From a virus, in IMG/VR virus record IMGVR_UViG_3300044856_000229, positions 64,001 to 92,827 of that record: a stretch of 28,827 nucleotides of DNA. One strand, 5' to 3'. Each line of letters opens with the position of its first letter. Positions within the stretch are counted from its first letter, which is position 1. Below the pieces are notes generated by a model. It was not told where the DNA came from. It worked only from the letters and a program-made list of their open reading frames with translations, and ran no database searches. The position numbers and the translations under genes were made by a program. Below are positions 1-5,697 of this stretch, one piece after another.

Positions 1-80
1 TTGGAAAAGAACGTACTACCAACTTTTAATTCATAAATATAACTTCCTTTTTCCTTTTTTTCGCCCCAATTAATTTTCAT
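1..80 (-). CDS. hypothetical protein (partial, 3' end outside window)
   Basis: Minus-strand ORF open to the window edge. ATG at 80 with AAAGGAAA RBS about 9 nt upstream (alternative in-frame ATG at 89). Preceded by promoter at 113-141. Confidence 0.35.
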   Translation of the reverse strand, partial: MKINWGEKKEKGSYIYELKVGSTFFS

Positions 81-112
81 TTTTATCATTTCCTTTCTTT
101 TATTATGTATAT

Positions 113-141
113 ATAATATCATATTTTTTGTTGTTTGTCAA
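113..141 (-). promoter_or_regulatory. sigmaA-type promoter, leftward (TTGACA-17-TATTAT), with A/T-rich UP-like tract at 142-175
   Basis: Minus strand reads TTGACA (141..136), a 17-nt spacer, then TATTAT (118..113). Upstream tract CAATAGTTTTTTAAAATTTTT is paralogous to those at 3130 and 5670. Confidence 0.6.
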
Positions 142-157
142 TAGTTTTTTAAAATTT

Positions 158-640
158 TTACAAATTTTTGGTTTCGCTCACAAAGTATTTTACATGATAG
201 CCATTAAGTAATTCTTTTACTGCGATACTCTGCTTTTGTGTAGCACAATAGCAGTTAATTAAAATATACTTGTCAATGTCGATGTAATTACAAGGAATAT
301 CACAGTCTTTTAATCCATTGATTAATTTTTCCCAGTTCTCAGACTTATTAATTGTAGACTCTATTTTCCACAGGCGGTCTTTTCTTGCTTTTTCTTCTCC
401 CCATTTAACAATCCATACTCCCACAAGGTTAGCAAGAAAAGTTACAATAACTTTTTGCCACAATGGAAAATCTGCAACTGTATAAATAAGAACTACATTA
501 TAGTAACCATAGTAGCCCGCAGAAATAAGGCTCGCGATTGTTTTTCCAGATTTAATTGTTACAATAGATTTGATAGTTGAAAAGATAACATTTACGATTG
601 TTAATAATGAAAATAAAATTAATACATTCATGGGTTTCAC
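158..640 (-). CDS. hypothetical membrane protein (hydrophobic N-terminal half)
   Basis: 160-aa ORF. Own promoter at 662-690 and RBS GAGAAAGTGAG. N-terminal about 90 aa strongly hydrophobic. Confidence 0.7.
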   Translation of the reverse strand: MKPMNVLILFSLLTIVNVIFSTIKSIVTIKSGKTIASLISAGYYGYYNVVLIYTVADFPLWQKVIVTFLANLVGVWIVKWGEEKARKDRLWKIESTINKSENWEKLINGLKDCDIPCNYIDIDKYILINCYCATQKQSIAVKELLNGYHVKYFVSETKNL

Positions 641-661
641 TCACTTTCTCTTTTTTCTTTT

Positions 662-690
662 ATTATACACCTACTTATGGATTTTGTCAA
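662..690 (-). promoter_or_regulatory. sigmaA-type promoter, leftward (TTGACA-17-TATAAT)
   Basis: Minus strand reads TTGACA (690..685), a 17-nt spacer, then TATAAT (667..662). A perfect 22-bp palindrome GGACTATTTTATAAAATAGTCC lies immediately upstream at 691-712. Confidence 0.7.
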
Positions 691-712
691 GGACTATTTT
701 ATAAAATAGTCC
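691..712. repeat. perfect 22-bp palindrome GGACTATTTTATAAAATAGTCC overlapping stop codon of upstream gene
   Basis: The two halves are exact reverse complements. It sits between the stop of gene 699..989 and the -35 at 685-690. Possible terminator hairpin or operator. Confidence 0.6.
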
Positions 713-989
713 TAGTTGTGATTTTTAGCAGTTCACCTGTATTTTTATCATAATAAATAACTGCTTCTGTACCAATAGGACAAACATAATCGTCTATAGA
801 ATAAACCTTATCCCTCTGTTTGTTTTCAAATTCCATTGTGACAGAATCACTTTCTTCATGGTATATCTTTTTTGTGGCGGTCACTTCTGTATATCTTACA
901 TTGCTAGTATAATTTCCTGTAGCAACAATTACTATTATAATGATAATTGCCAAACCTATTCCGGCTAATACGTCACGCCATACTTTCAT
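699..989 (-). CDS. small membrane-anchored protein (N-terminal TM helix)
   Basis: ORF 699..1016. The ATG at 989 has strong RBS GTGAGGTGAtaaaaATG. The upstream ATG at 1016 has none. Run of hydrophobic residues after MKVWRDVLAG. Confidence 0.6.
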   Translation of the reverse strand: MKVWRDVLAGIGLAIIIIIVIVATGNYTSNVRYTEVTATKKIYHEESDSVTMEFENKQRDKVYSIDDYVCPIGTEAVIYYDKNTGELLKITTRTIL

Positions 990-1075
990 TTTTATCACCT
1001 CACATAAACATTTCAATTATTGCAACTATCCAGACTGCAAAGTTACTGAAAAGCAAAGTCCAAAAAATACACATT

Positions 1076-1204
1076 TTACATTTCCTCACTTTCCTTGAAG
1101 ATTTCTTCAATCAACTTTTTAGTTTCTTCTACACCAATGTATAAAGCTGATTTTTCGATTGCATCAAATAAAAGTGTTTTTACTTCCATTTCTTTTTCTG
1201 TCAT
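1076..1204 (-). CDS. small acidic protein, 42 aa (MTEKEMEVKTLLFDAIEKSALYIGVEETKKLIEEIFKESEEM)
   Basis: Unannotated short ORF directly downstream of promoter 1236-1264. RBS AGAGGAGAtaaaaaacATG. Followed by gene 699..989, so the two form an operon. Confidence 0.4.
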   Translation of the reverse strand: MTEKEMEVKTLLFDAIEKSALYIGVEETKKLIEEIFKESEEM

Positions 1205-1235
1205 GTTTTTTATCTCCTCTCTTGACTATGTACTT

Positions 1236-1264
1236 ATTATATCATGGGGGCTGAGGTTTGTCAA
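1236..1264 (-). promoter_or_regulatory. sigmaA-type promoter, leftward (TTGACA-17-TATAAT), -35 inside G5/C5 hairpin
   Basis: Minus strand reads TTGACA (1264..1259), spacer, then TATAAT (1241..1236). Plus-strand GGGGGctgaggtttgtcaaCCCCC is followed by a T-run. Confidence 0.65.
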
Positions 1265-1280
1265 CCCCCATTTTTAATTT

Positions 1281-1589
1281 TTAATGATTAAACCGCAGAT
1301 AATGAGTAAACCATTTTTTACCAAAATTTTCTTCTAACTGTTTTTCCTCTTCTGGATTCGTTTCCATGATTGAGATTTTCATAATTGTATCCCAGTCAAG
1401 AGTTGTAAACCAAGTCCCATCTTTCATACCTTTACTAAAACGGAACGTATCAAGAATAAAATCCATTGTTTCCTGTCGTTTAATTGTTTTCATACATTCT
1501 TCAAGAGAAATAATCTGGCTACCAAAAATTGGTTTAGTTTCACAACCTGTTACCTTCCATCCGCTAATCTTACTTTCAATTTTAATCAT
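1281..1589 (-). CDS. hypothetical protein
   Basis: 102-aa ORF. RBS AAAGAGAGGAAAAAAgATG (a cassette 5'UTR variant). Promoter at 1620-1648. Confidence 0.7.
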   Translation of the reverse strand: MIKIESKISGWKVTGCETKPIFGSQIISLEECMKTIKRQETMDFILDTFRFSKGMKDGTWFTTLDWDTIMKISIMETNPEEEKQLEENFGKKWFTHYLRFNH

Positions 1590-1619
1590 CTTTTTTCCTC
1601 TCTTTCATTTGATATATTT

Positions 1620-1648
1620 ATTATACTACAGGGGATTGAACTTGTCAA
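1620..1648 (-). promoter_or_regulatory. sigmaA-type promoter, leftward (TTGACA-17-TATAAT), -35 embedded in hairpin GGGGATTGAActtgTCAACCCC
   Basis: Minus strand reads TTGACA (1648..1643), spacer, then TATAAT (1625..1620). The hairpin at 1631-1652 is followed by a plus-strand T-run. Family B terminator-promoter element. Confidence 0.7.
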
Positions 1649-1656
1649 CCCCTATT

Positions 1657-1890
1657 TTATAAAATTCCTTCAATCTCGCAACATTTACGGAAAATTTTAA
1701 CACAATCATTCCAAGAGCCATCATCATTTGCATATTCTGCCAGAATATCATCATCCCATCCATCCTCAAGACCATAAGCAAACCATAAGTCCATTACTAC
1801 ATCTTCTCTGATATTTTCTTTAAGAAATGTATCCATCTTTTTGAGTAAATTCTTTCTAGTTTTAATCATCTCATTTCTTGATACTTCCAT
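1657..1890 (-). CDS. hypothetical acidic protein
   Basis: 77-aa ORF. RBS AAGGAAGGGGAAcaaataaATG. Tandem promoters at 1922-1950 and 2087-2115. Confidence 0.65.
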   Translation of the reverse strand: MEVSRNEMIKTRKNLLKKMDTFLKENIREDVVMDLWFAYGLEDGWDDDILAEYANDDGSWNDCVKIFRKCCEIEGIL

Positions 1891-1921
1891 TTATTTGTTC
1901 CCCTTCCTTATCTTTAAATAT

Positions 1922-1950
1922 AGTATACTATAGTCGAGCGGTTTTGTCAA
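1922..1950 (-). promoter_or_regulatory. sigmaA-type promoter, leftward (TTGACA-17-TATACT)
   Basis: Minus strand reads TTGACA (1950..1945), spacer, then TATACT (1927..1922). Flanks are paralogous to the promoter at 8445-8473 (TTGTCAATaTACAAAATAaCCAA). Confidence 0.65.
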
Positions 1951-2007
1951 TATACAAAATAACCAAAAGTAAAGTGTGATTTTGGGATTTTTTGTATAAG
2001 ATACCTA

Positions 2008-2037
2008 TTGACAAATAGTTATTTTATGTGTTATAAT
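2008..2037 (+). promoter_or_regulatory. rightward extended -10 promoter (TTGACA-18-TGtTATAAT) opposing the leftward genes
   Basis: Plus strand has TTGACA at 2008-2013, an 18-nt spacer, TG at -15/-14 and TATAAT at 2032-2037. The -35 sits inside CTATTgacAAATAG. Upstream TTTGTAtAA-N9 mirrors the GTGCA-N9 element of the other three rightward promoters. Confidence 0.55.
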
Positions 2038-2043
2038 TGAAGT

Positions 2044-2133
2044 TTGAGCCTCATGTGCGGGTGAAGCATTCGCCTGCGGCGCACTAATTTTATCACCTTT
2101 TGGAAGGTTTGTCAAGTAGTAAAATTGCACAAA
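2044..2133 (+). ncRNA. candidate short non-coding RNA (about 90-120 nt) from rightward promoter to bidirectional terminator
   Basis: No ORF (ATG TGC GGG TGA). GC-rich imperfect hairpin GUGCGGGUGAAGCAUUCGCCUGCGGCGCAC. Ends at terminator 2134-2165. Partly antisense to the leftward promoter 2087-2115 region. Confidence 0.3.
2087..2115 (-). promoter_or_regulatory. sigmaA-type promoter, leftward (TTGACA-17-TAAAAT), tandem with 1922-1950
   Basis: Minus strand reads TTGACA (2115..2110), spacer, then TAAAAT (2092..2087). No ORF between it and the next promoter. Confidence 0.5.
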
Positions 2134-2165
2134 AAACGCTGAATTAAAATCCAGCGTTTTGTATA
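2134..2165. terminator. bidirectional rho-independent terminator (AACGCTG-9nt-CAGCGTT flanked by A-run and T-run)
   Basis: 7-bp GC-containing stem with U-runs on both strands. Ends gene 2166..2540 (minus) and the rightward sRNA. TTGCACAAAA motif immediately upstream at 2124-2133. Confidence 0.7.
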
Positions 2166-2540
2166 TTATTTTCTCGGCATACTCAGTACAATTTTATATT
2201 TAGTACCATTCAGTTCAAAAAAGAACTCTCTCTCATTGTTAGTCACATCTAAATTTTCCGCCCCCATCTTTTCGACTGATTCTGTCAAAGCTGTGATGAT
2301 AGCTTGCTTTCCTTTGTTCTCTGGTTTTTTCCTTTTGGAAGTATCAAACTTGTAAACAGTTGTTTTTTTCTTGCGGTCTGCCTGTCGTGCCTTTTTAGAT
2401 GCTTTTTCCTGTTCTGGTGTTAATGTGAAAAGCTTTTCCCCCTTGTCTATTCTTTTATCATCTTCTAACATTTGCATTGCTTCTTCTCTGCTAATATCTA
2501 ACAATTTCATGTTACGTTCTATAATTTCATTGTCTGTCAT
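2166..2540 (-). CDS. hypothetical Lys-rich protein
   Basis: 124-aa ORF. RBS AAGAAAGGGtttaataATG. Co-transcribed with 2587..2958, since only a hairpin and no promoter lies between them. Confidence 0.7.
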   Translation of the reverse strand: MTDNEIIERNMKLLDISREEAMQMLEDDKRIDKGEKLFTLTPEQEKASKKARQADRKKKTTVYKFDTSKRKKPENKGKQAIITALTESVEKMGAENLDVTNNEREFFFELNGTKYKIVLSMPRK

Positions 2541-2565
2541 TATTAAACCCTTTCTTTAAATAGTA

Positions 2566-2580
2566 GGGGCTTTTCGCCCC
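2566..2580. terminator. intercistronic hairpin GGGGCttttcGCCCC (attenuator/partial terminator)
   Basis: 5-bp G/C stem with a T-rich plus-strand tail, sitting between the two genes of the operon. Confidence 0.4.
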
Positions 2581-2586
2581 CTTTAA

Positions 2587-2958
2587 TTATTTTGCAAAAA
2601 AGTATGCTTTGCGTTTTTCAACGATTCTATCAACTTTACCTTCACCGCAAAGGGCGGTTACAAGAGAAGTTACACGCTGATTTGAAAGTTCTTTCAAACC
2701 TTCAACTTCTTTCATCAATTCAGAAACGGTAAATCCACTGCCTGTATTTACAAGGTATTCAACAATCTTTTCTTTTAAGCTCTCATTTTCGAGCTGAGTT
2801 GCTGTAGGCTTACGATTTGCAGAAGATTTTTTGTTTACCTGTACAAGCATTTTGTCAAGTTTCTCGATAACTTCTGTATACTTTTCTGCATCAGTTTCTT
2901 TCATAACCTCGATTGCGGTTTCCAGTGCCATAGCGTTTGTCATTTTTTTGTCTGTCAT
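2587..2958 (-). CDS. hypothetical protein, possible winged-helix DNA-binding C-terminus
   Basis: The ORF-track start at 2967 is TTG. The ATG at 2958 has RBS AGGAattgataattATG. C-terminal segment FTVSELMKEV...SNQRVTSLVTALCGEGKVDRIVEKRKAYF resembles a wHTH. Confidence 0.6.
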   Translation of the reverse strand: MTDKKMTNAMALETAIEVMKETDAEKYTEVIEKLDKMLVQVNKKSSANRKPTATQLENESLKEKIVEYLVNTGSGFTVSELMKEVEGLKELSNQRVTSLVTALCGEGKVDRIVEKRKAYFFAK

Positions 2959-3011
2959 AATTATCAATTCCTTTCTTAATAAGAGATTTATTATTTGTTT
3001 TCTATGTTTTT

Positions 3012-3040
3012 ATTATAACACCTGTTGTCTTGTTTGTCAA
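3012..3040 (-). promoter_or_regulatory. sigmaA-type promoter, leftward (TTGACA-17-TATAAT)
   Basis: Minus strand reads TTGACA (3040..3035), spacer, then TATAAT (3017..3012). Context TAACACCTgTTGTCTTGTTTGTCAAGACCTTT is paralogous to the promoter at 9546-9574. Confidence 0.7.
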
Positions 3041-3107
3041 GACCTTTTTTATTTTTCTTTTGGGGGACTTCTCATTGTTTTTCACTTCCTTTCTTTATCT
3101 TGTAATA

Positions 3108-3136
3108 ATAATACCATATTTTTTACATTTTGTCAA
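3108..3136 (-). promoter_or_regulatory. sigmaA-type promoter, leftward (TTGACA-17-TATTAT) with UP-like A/T tract, tandem with 3012-3040
   Basis: Minus strand reads TTGACA (3136..3131), spacer, then TATTAT (3113..3108). Upstream TTTGTCAATGGTTTTTTTAAATTTTTTTCT is a family A element. Confidence 0.55.
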
Positions 3137-3158
3137 TGGTTTTTTTAAATTTTTTTCT

Positions 3159-3881
3159 TTATTTTTCCCACAGTCCAGTTCTCATCTTTTTGTGCTGTCT
3201 ATAACAATAATGACAGATTTCTTTTTCGATTAAAGTATCTTCAAGTCCAGTGTGTTTTTCTACAAAAGTATTATCTTTTGTGATGAATCTATAAAGGATT
3301 TCGGCTGTTACTCTCAGTTGTCCTCTAGTTGTGAGATAATTATTCTCTTCACAAAATCTTCTGTATGATGACATTTTGCATACTACATCACGTGCCATTT
3401 TCATAGTATCGCAGATTTCCAAACCATAAGGAAAGAAATATCTATATTTTGATTTAGTCAACCAACGCTGAGTAGTGTTTAATGTGCCATAGTCAAAACG
3501 CATGTTATGAGCAAAAACCTTTTTTACGTTGTAACGTTCACAACACTCTACAAGCTGTTTTCTGATATTGTAGAAAGATGTTAAAATTCTTTTACCGCTT
3601 TTGATATCTTCCCAGTACATCGGAATTTTCTCTGCATAATATGAGGATTTCATAAGCTCTTTTTCTTCAAGAAAAATGTCAGCGTTTACAAATGACCATG
3701 TTTCAAAAACCTCACCAGTACGTTTGTTGATAACAGCAAAACCGCAATCATAAACCCACATATTAGTTGGAAGCACCTGTTCTAATGATTTGTCTACTGG
3801 ACAAGTTTCTGTATCAATTACAATTGAGTAATCCATTCTTCTGTCAATTTTGTTTGTGTTTTTTCTGTTGATAAATTCCAT
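3159..3881 (-). CDS. DnaQ-like DEDDh 3'-5' exonuclease
   Basis: Exo I IVIDTETC, Exo II FAHNMRFDYGTL and Exo III HTGLEDTLIEKE motifs in the canonical order and spacing. RBS GAGAGAGAGGtaaacaaaaATG. Confidence 0.75.
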   Translation of the reverse strand: MEFINRKNTNKIDRRMDYSIVIDTETCPVDKSLEQVLPTNMWVYDCGFAVINKRTGEVFETWSFVNADIFLEEKELMKSSYYAEKIPMYWEDIKSGKRILTSFYNIRKQLVECCERYNVKKVFAHNMRFDYGTLNTTQRWLTKSKYRYFFPYGLEICDTMKMARDVVCKMSSYRRFCEENNYLTTRGQLRVTAEILYRFITKDNTFVEKHTGLEDTLIEKEICHYCYRQHKKMRTGLWEK

Positions 3882-3914
3882 TTTTGTTTACCTCTCTCTC
3901 ATTTCTATGTCTTT

Positions 3915-3943
3915 ATTATACCATCAGTGAAGAGGTTTGTCAA
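3915..3943 (-). promoter_or_regulatory. sigmaA-type promoter, leftward (TTGACA-17-TATAAT)
   Basis: Minus strand reads TTGACA (3943..3938), spacer, then TATAAT (3920..3915). Confidence 0.7.
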
Positions 3944-4009
3944 GAACTTTTTTAACTTTTTTATAAGTTTTTTATTTGCTTTCTTGTCTTTCTCTTCCTT
4001 ACAAGTATT

Positions 4010-4038
4010 ATAATACCACAAGTCATTGAGGATTGCAA
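4010..4038 (-). promoter_or_regulatory. candidate leftward extended -10 promoter (TTGCAA-17-TGgTATTAT), tandem upstream of 3915-3943
   Basis: Minus strand reads TTGCAAtcctcaatgacttgTGGTATTAT. Resembles the extended -10 promoter at 9920-9948. Confidence 0.35.
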
Positions 4039-4106
4039 GGATTATTTTGAAAAAAATTGCACAAAATGGGATAAATATTTGCGGAAAAATTTGTGCATTT
4101 TTCCTC

Positions 4107-4136
4107 TTGACAAAGTGTGGCGACCTGTGGTATAAT
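4107..4136 (+). promoter_or_regulatory. rightward extended -10 promoter (TTGACA-18-TGgTATAAT) with upstream GTGCA-N9 element
   Basis: TTGACA at 4107-4112, GGCGACCTGTGG spacer, TATAAT at 4131-4136. Core TTTTCCTCTTGACAAA...GGCGACCTGTGGTATAATT is nearly identical to the copy at 8532-8561. Confidence 0.6.
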
Positions 4137-4142
4137 TTTTCG

Positions 4143-4204
4143 GGCAGCAGTCGAGCCTAACTGTCTGTACGGTCATTAAAAAAAGAAAGCGTTTAAACGC
4201 TTTC
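4143..4204 (+). ncRNA. candidate short non-coding RNA (about 60 nt) ending in bidirectional terminator
   Basis: No ORF. Starts GGGCAGCAG, like the 8568 copy which starts GGGACAGCAGG. Contains AGCCUAACUGUCUG, identical to a 14-nt stretch at 8703-8716 inside leftward small gene 8603..8749. The terminator hairpin is shared with the 3' end of leftward small gene 4193..4315. Confidence 0.3.
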
Positions 4205-4210
4205 TTTTAC
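4177..4210. terminator. bidirectional terminator: perfect 20-bp palindrome GAAAGCGTTTAAACGCTTTC flanked by A7 and T4
   Basis: Exact palindrome at 4185-4204 with U-runs on both strands. Overlaps the stop codon of 4193..4315. Confidence 0.7.
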
Positions 4211-4315
4211 ATCTACCATTTTAATTCTGTGCGGTCTGTCTTTTGCCTCTGCATAGCTTGTGGTTTCCTTTACAATTTTTTTACCTTCCATAATCTGATA
4301 AACAACTTTTCTCAT
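4193..4315 (-). CDS. small protein, 40 aa (MRKVVYQIMEGKKIVKETTSYAEAKDRPHRIKMVDVKESV)
   Basis: Unannotated ORF. RBS AAGAGAGGtattaagaATG. Its stop lies inside the bidirectional terminator. Upstream is a degenerate hairpin element GGGTTAAGCCC and a TATAAT at 4344-4349. Confidence 0.4.
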   Translation of the reverse strand: MRKVVYQIMEGKKIVKETTSYAEAKDRPHRIKMVDVKESV

Positions 4316-4377
4316 TCTTAATACCTCTCTTTTCTATGATTTAATTATACTATAGGGTTAAGCCCTATCTTTATTTT

Positions 4378-4635
4378 TTAATCTTTTTCAATAACTCTAA
4401 AGTCCATGTTTAATGCAGATAAGACTTCTTCTGGATTAAGACTGTGCCCTTCACGAATAATGTTTAAATTTGTTCTGTCAATCAATCGAATCCAATCTTC
4501 TGACTTTTCAACAATAATACAAGGTTCATTAGATAAACAAGGACAAAAACCTTTACAATTAGCTTTTCCCTCACCGTGACGTCCTGCATAACAACCCTCG
4601 AGTTCCGCACATCTATAACATTTGTTTTCTACCAT
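4378..4635 (-). CDS. Cys-rich small protein (7 Cys in first 40 aa; probable metal-binding)
   Basis: 85-aa ORF. Cassette RBS AAAGAGAGGAAAgaaaaATG. Pattern CxxC..C...C..C.C..C. Confidence 0.7.
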   Translation of the reverse strand: MVENKCYRCAELEGCYAGRHGEGKANCKGFCPCLSNEPCIIVEKSEDWIRLIDRTNLNIIREGHSLNPEEVLSALNMDFRVIEKD

Positions 4636-4666
4636 TTTTCTTTCCTCTCTTTCATTTGATACATTA

Positions 4667-4695
4667 AGTATACATTACTTTTGGTTATTTGTCAA
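4667..4695 (-). promoter_or_regulatory. sigmaA-type promoter, leftward (TTGACA-17-TATACT) with conserved 5'UTR cassette
   Basis: Minus strand reads TTGACA (4695..4690), spacer, then TATACT (4672..4667). The 29-bp block CCTCTCTTTCATTTGATACATTAAGTATA at 4644-4672 is identical at 6101-6130 and 8241-8270. Confidence 0.7.
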
Positions 4696-4710
4696 TAAGT
4701 AAAAATGTAT

Positions 4711-4742
4711 AAAAAATGAGCTAAAAATCAGCTTATTTTTTA
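4711..4742. terminator. bidirectional terminator (TGAGCT-7nt-AGCTTA between A6 and T6)
   Basis: Short stem with U-runs on both strands. Follows the stop of gene 4746..5093. Confidence 0.5.
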
Positions 4743-4745
4743 CGT

Positions 4746-5093
4746 CTATTCTTTAATAAAAACTGTTATGTTACTAATCCTCTGAGCGGTACTTGCTACG
4801 TCCTCTTTTATTGAATAACCATTTTCTTCTAATAATTTTGTAAATATTGTAAAATTAAGGAAAACATTTTCGTCTTGAACTCTGTCGTATAAATAAAAAT
4901 AATCTTCTTTGCCCCATCTTTCAAAGAATTTTATTCTAAAGCTTGTTACTAAAGGACGACCCTCTTCTGCGTATCCATAAAGTTTAGAAATTATTCTTTC
5001 ATTTATAAATTTTTCTGTATTAGAAGTAGCTTGTATAAAAGCTTCTATACAAATTTTCCGTTTCATTTCTAAAATTTCTTTTGCTTTCATCAC
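4746..5093 (-). CDS. hypothetical protein
   Basis: 115-aa ORF. RBS AAAGAGAGAGtaaataattgtgATG. No promoter between it and upstream gene 5139..5618, only the 15-bp palindrome. Confidence 0.65.
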   Translation of the reverse strand: MMKAKEILEMKRKICIEAFIQATSNTEKFINERIISKLYGYAEEGRPLVTSFRIKFFERWGKEDYFYLYDRVQDENVFLNFTIFTKLLEENGYSIKEDVASTAQRISNITVFIKE

Positions 5094-5125
5094 AATTATT
5101 TACTCTCTCTTTCTTTATTAATATT

Positions 5126-5158
5126 TCTGGGGGAACTCTCAGAAAAATTTTCTGAGAG
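5126..5158. repeat. perfect 15-bp-arm palindrome GGAACTCTCAGAAAA-a-TTTTCTGAGAGTTCC spanning stop codon of NT5C paralog 1
   Basis: The arms are exact reverse complements. The left arm encodes the last residues (GTLRKF) and the TGA stop lies in the right arm. Possible terminator, RNase III site or operator. Confidence 0.6.
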
Positions 5159-5618
5159 TTCCAATAATGTCGTTTACATCAAAGCTGTTCTCGCCCCACT
5201 CTTCTCTATTACGTTTTTCATCATCAAAGAGCCAACCGTTACAATCAACAACTGTGCTTTTTGGTGTGCCATAGTTTACAATTTTAACCTCATCCCATTC
5301 AACACTAGGAAGATGTTTTTCGAGCCATGCAAGTTTTACGCTTGTTACTGCCGTGTTATAAGCTGTCGAACCATATTTGCTGAGCCAACTTACAATACCG
5401 ATTCTATAACCGTTTGCCTGTAATTTATGTAATACTCTTGCAAATACTGAGAAGTTAAACAGCGGTCTTGCTACTGCATAAGGTGTGGTATCCTCATTTT
5501 CCAGATAGTCCAACCAGTTTTCTACACCATAGAAGTTAGCAAGTGTGCCGTCCATGTCAAAGTAAATAGTTCCTTTTGTTTCCATCATTCCTTTAATTGT
5601 ATTCATCATAATCATCAA
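5139..5618 (-). CDS. HAD-superfamily 5'(3')-deoxyribonucleotidase (NT5C-like), paralog 1
   Basis: HAD motif I FDMDGTLANF. WLEKHLP...VKIVNYGTPKSTVV...GWLFDDE matches the NT5C signature W.EK.FG...IVLT.DK...D.LIDD. About 150 aa. The true start may be the internal ATG at 5588 (METKGTIYFDMDGT), by analogy with paralog 2. Confidence 0.7.
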   Translation of the reverse strand: MMIMMNTIKGMMETKGTIYFDMDGTLANFYGVENWLDYLENEDTTPYAVARPLFNFSVFARVLHKLQANGYRIGIVSWLSKYGSTAYNTAVTSVKLAWLEKHLPSVEWDEVKIVNYGTPKSTVVDCNGWLFDDEKRNREEWGENSFDVNDIIGTLRKFF

Positions 5619-5647
5619 ATCCTTTCTTTTTCCTTTTCTTTAATTAT

Positions 5648-5676
5648 ATTATATACTATCTTTTATAATTTGTCAA
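5648..5676 (-). promoter_or_regulatory. sigmaA-type promoter, leftward (TTGACA-17-TATAAT) with UP-like tract
   Basis: Minus strand reads TTGACA (5676..5671), spacer, then TATAAT (5653..5648). Upstream TTTGTCAACAGTTTTTTTAAATTTTTTTCT is a family A element. Confidence 0.7.
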
Positions 5677-5697
5677 CAGTTTTTTTAAATTTTTTTC

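Noticed and set aside
270-276. TTGTCAA matches inside coding sequence (270-276, 9707-9713)
   Set aside because: No acceptable -10 element at 17 ± 1 bp, and both lie within well-supported genes. These are chance occurrences of a 7-mer in AT-rich DNA.
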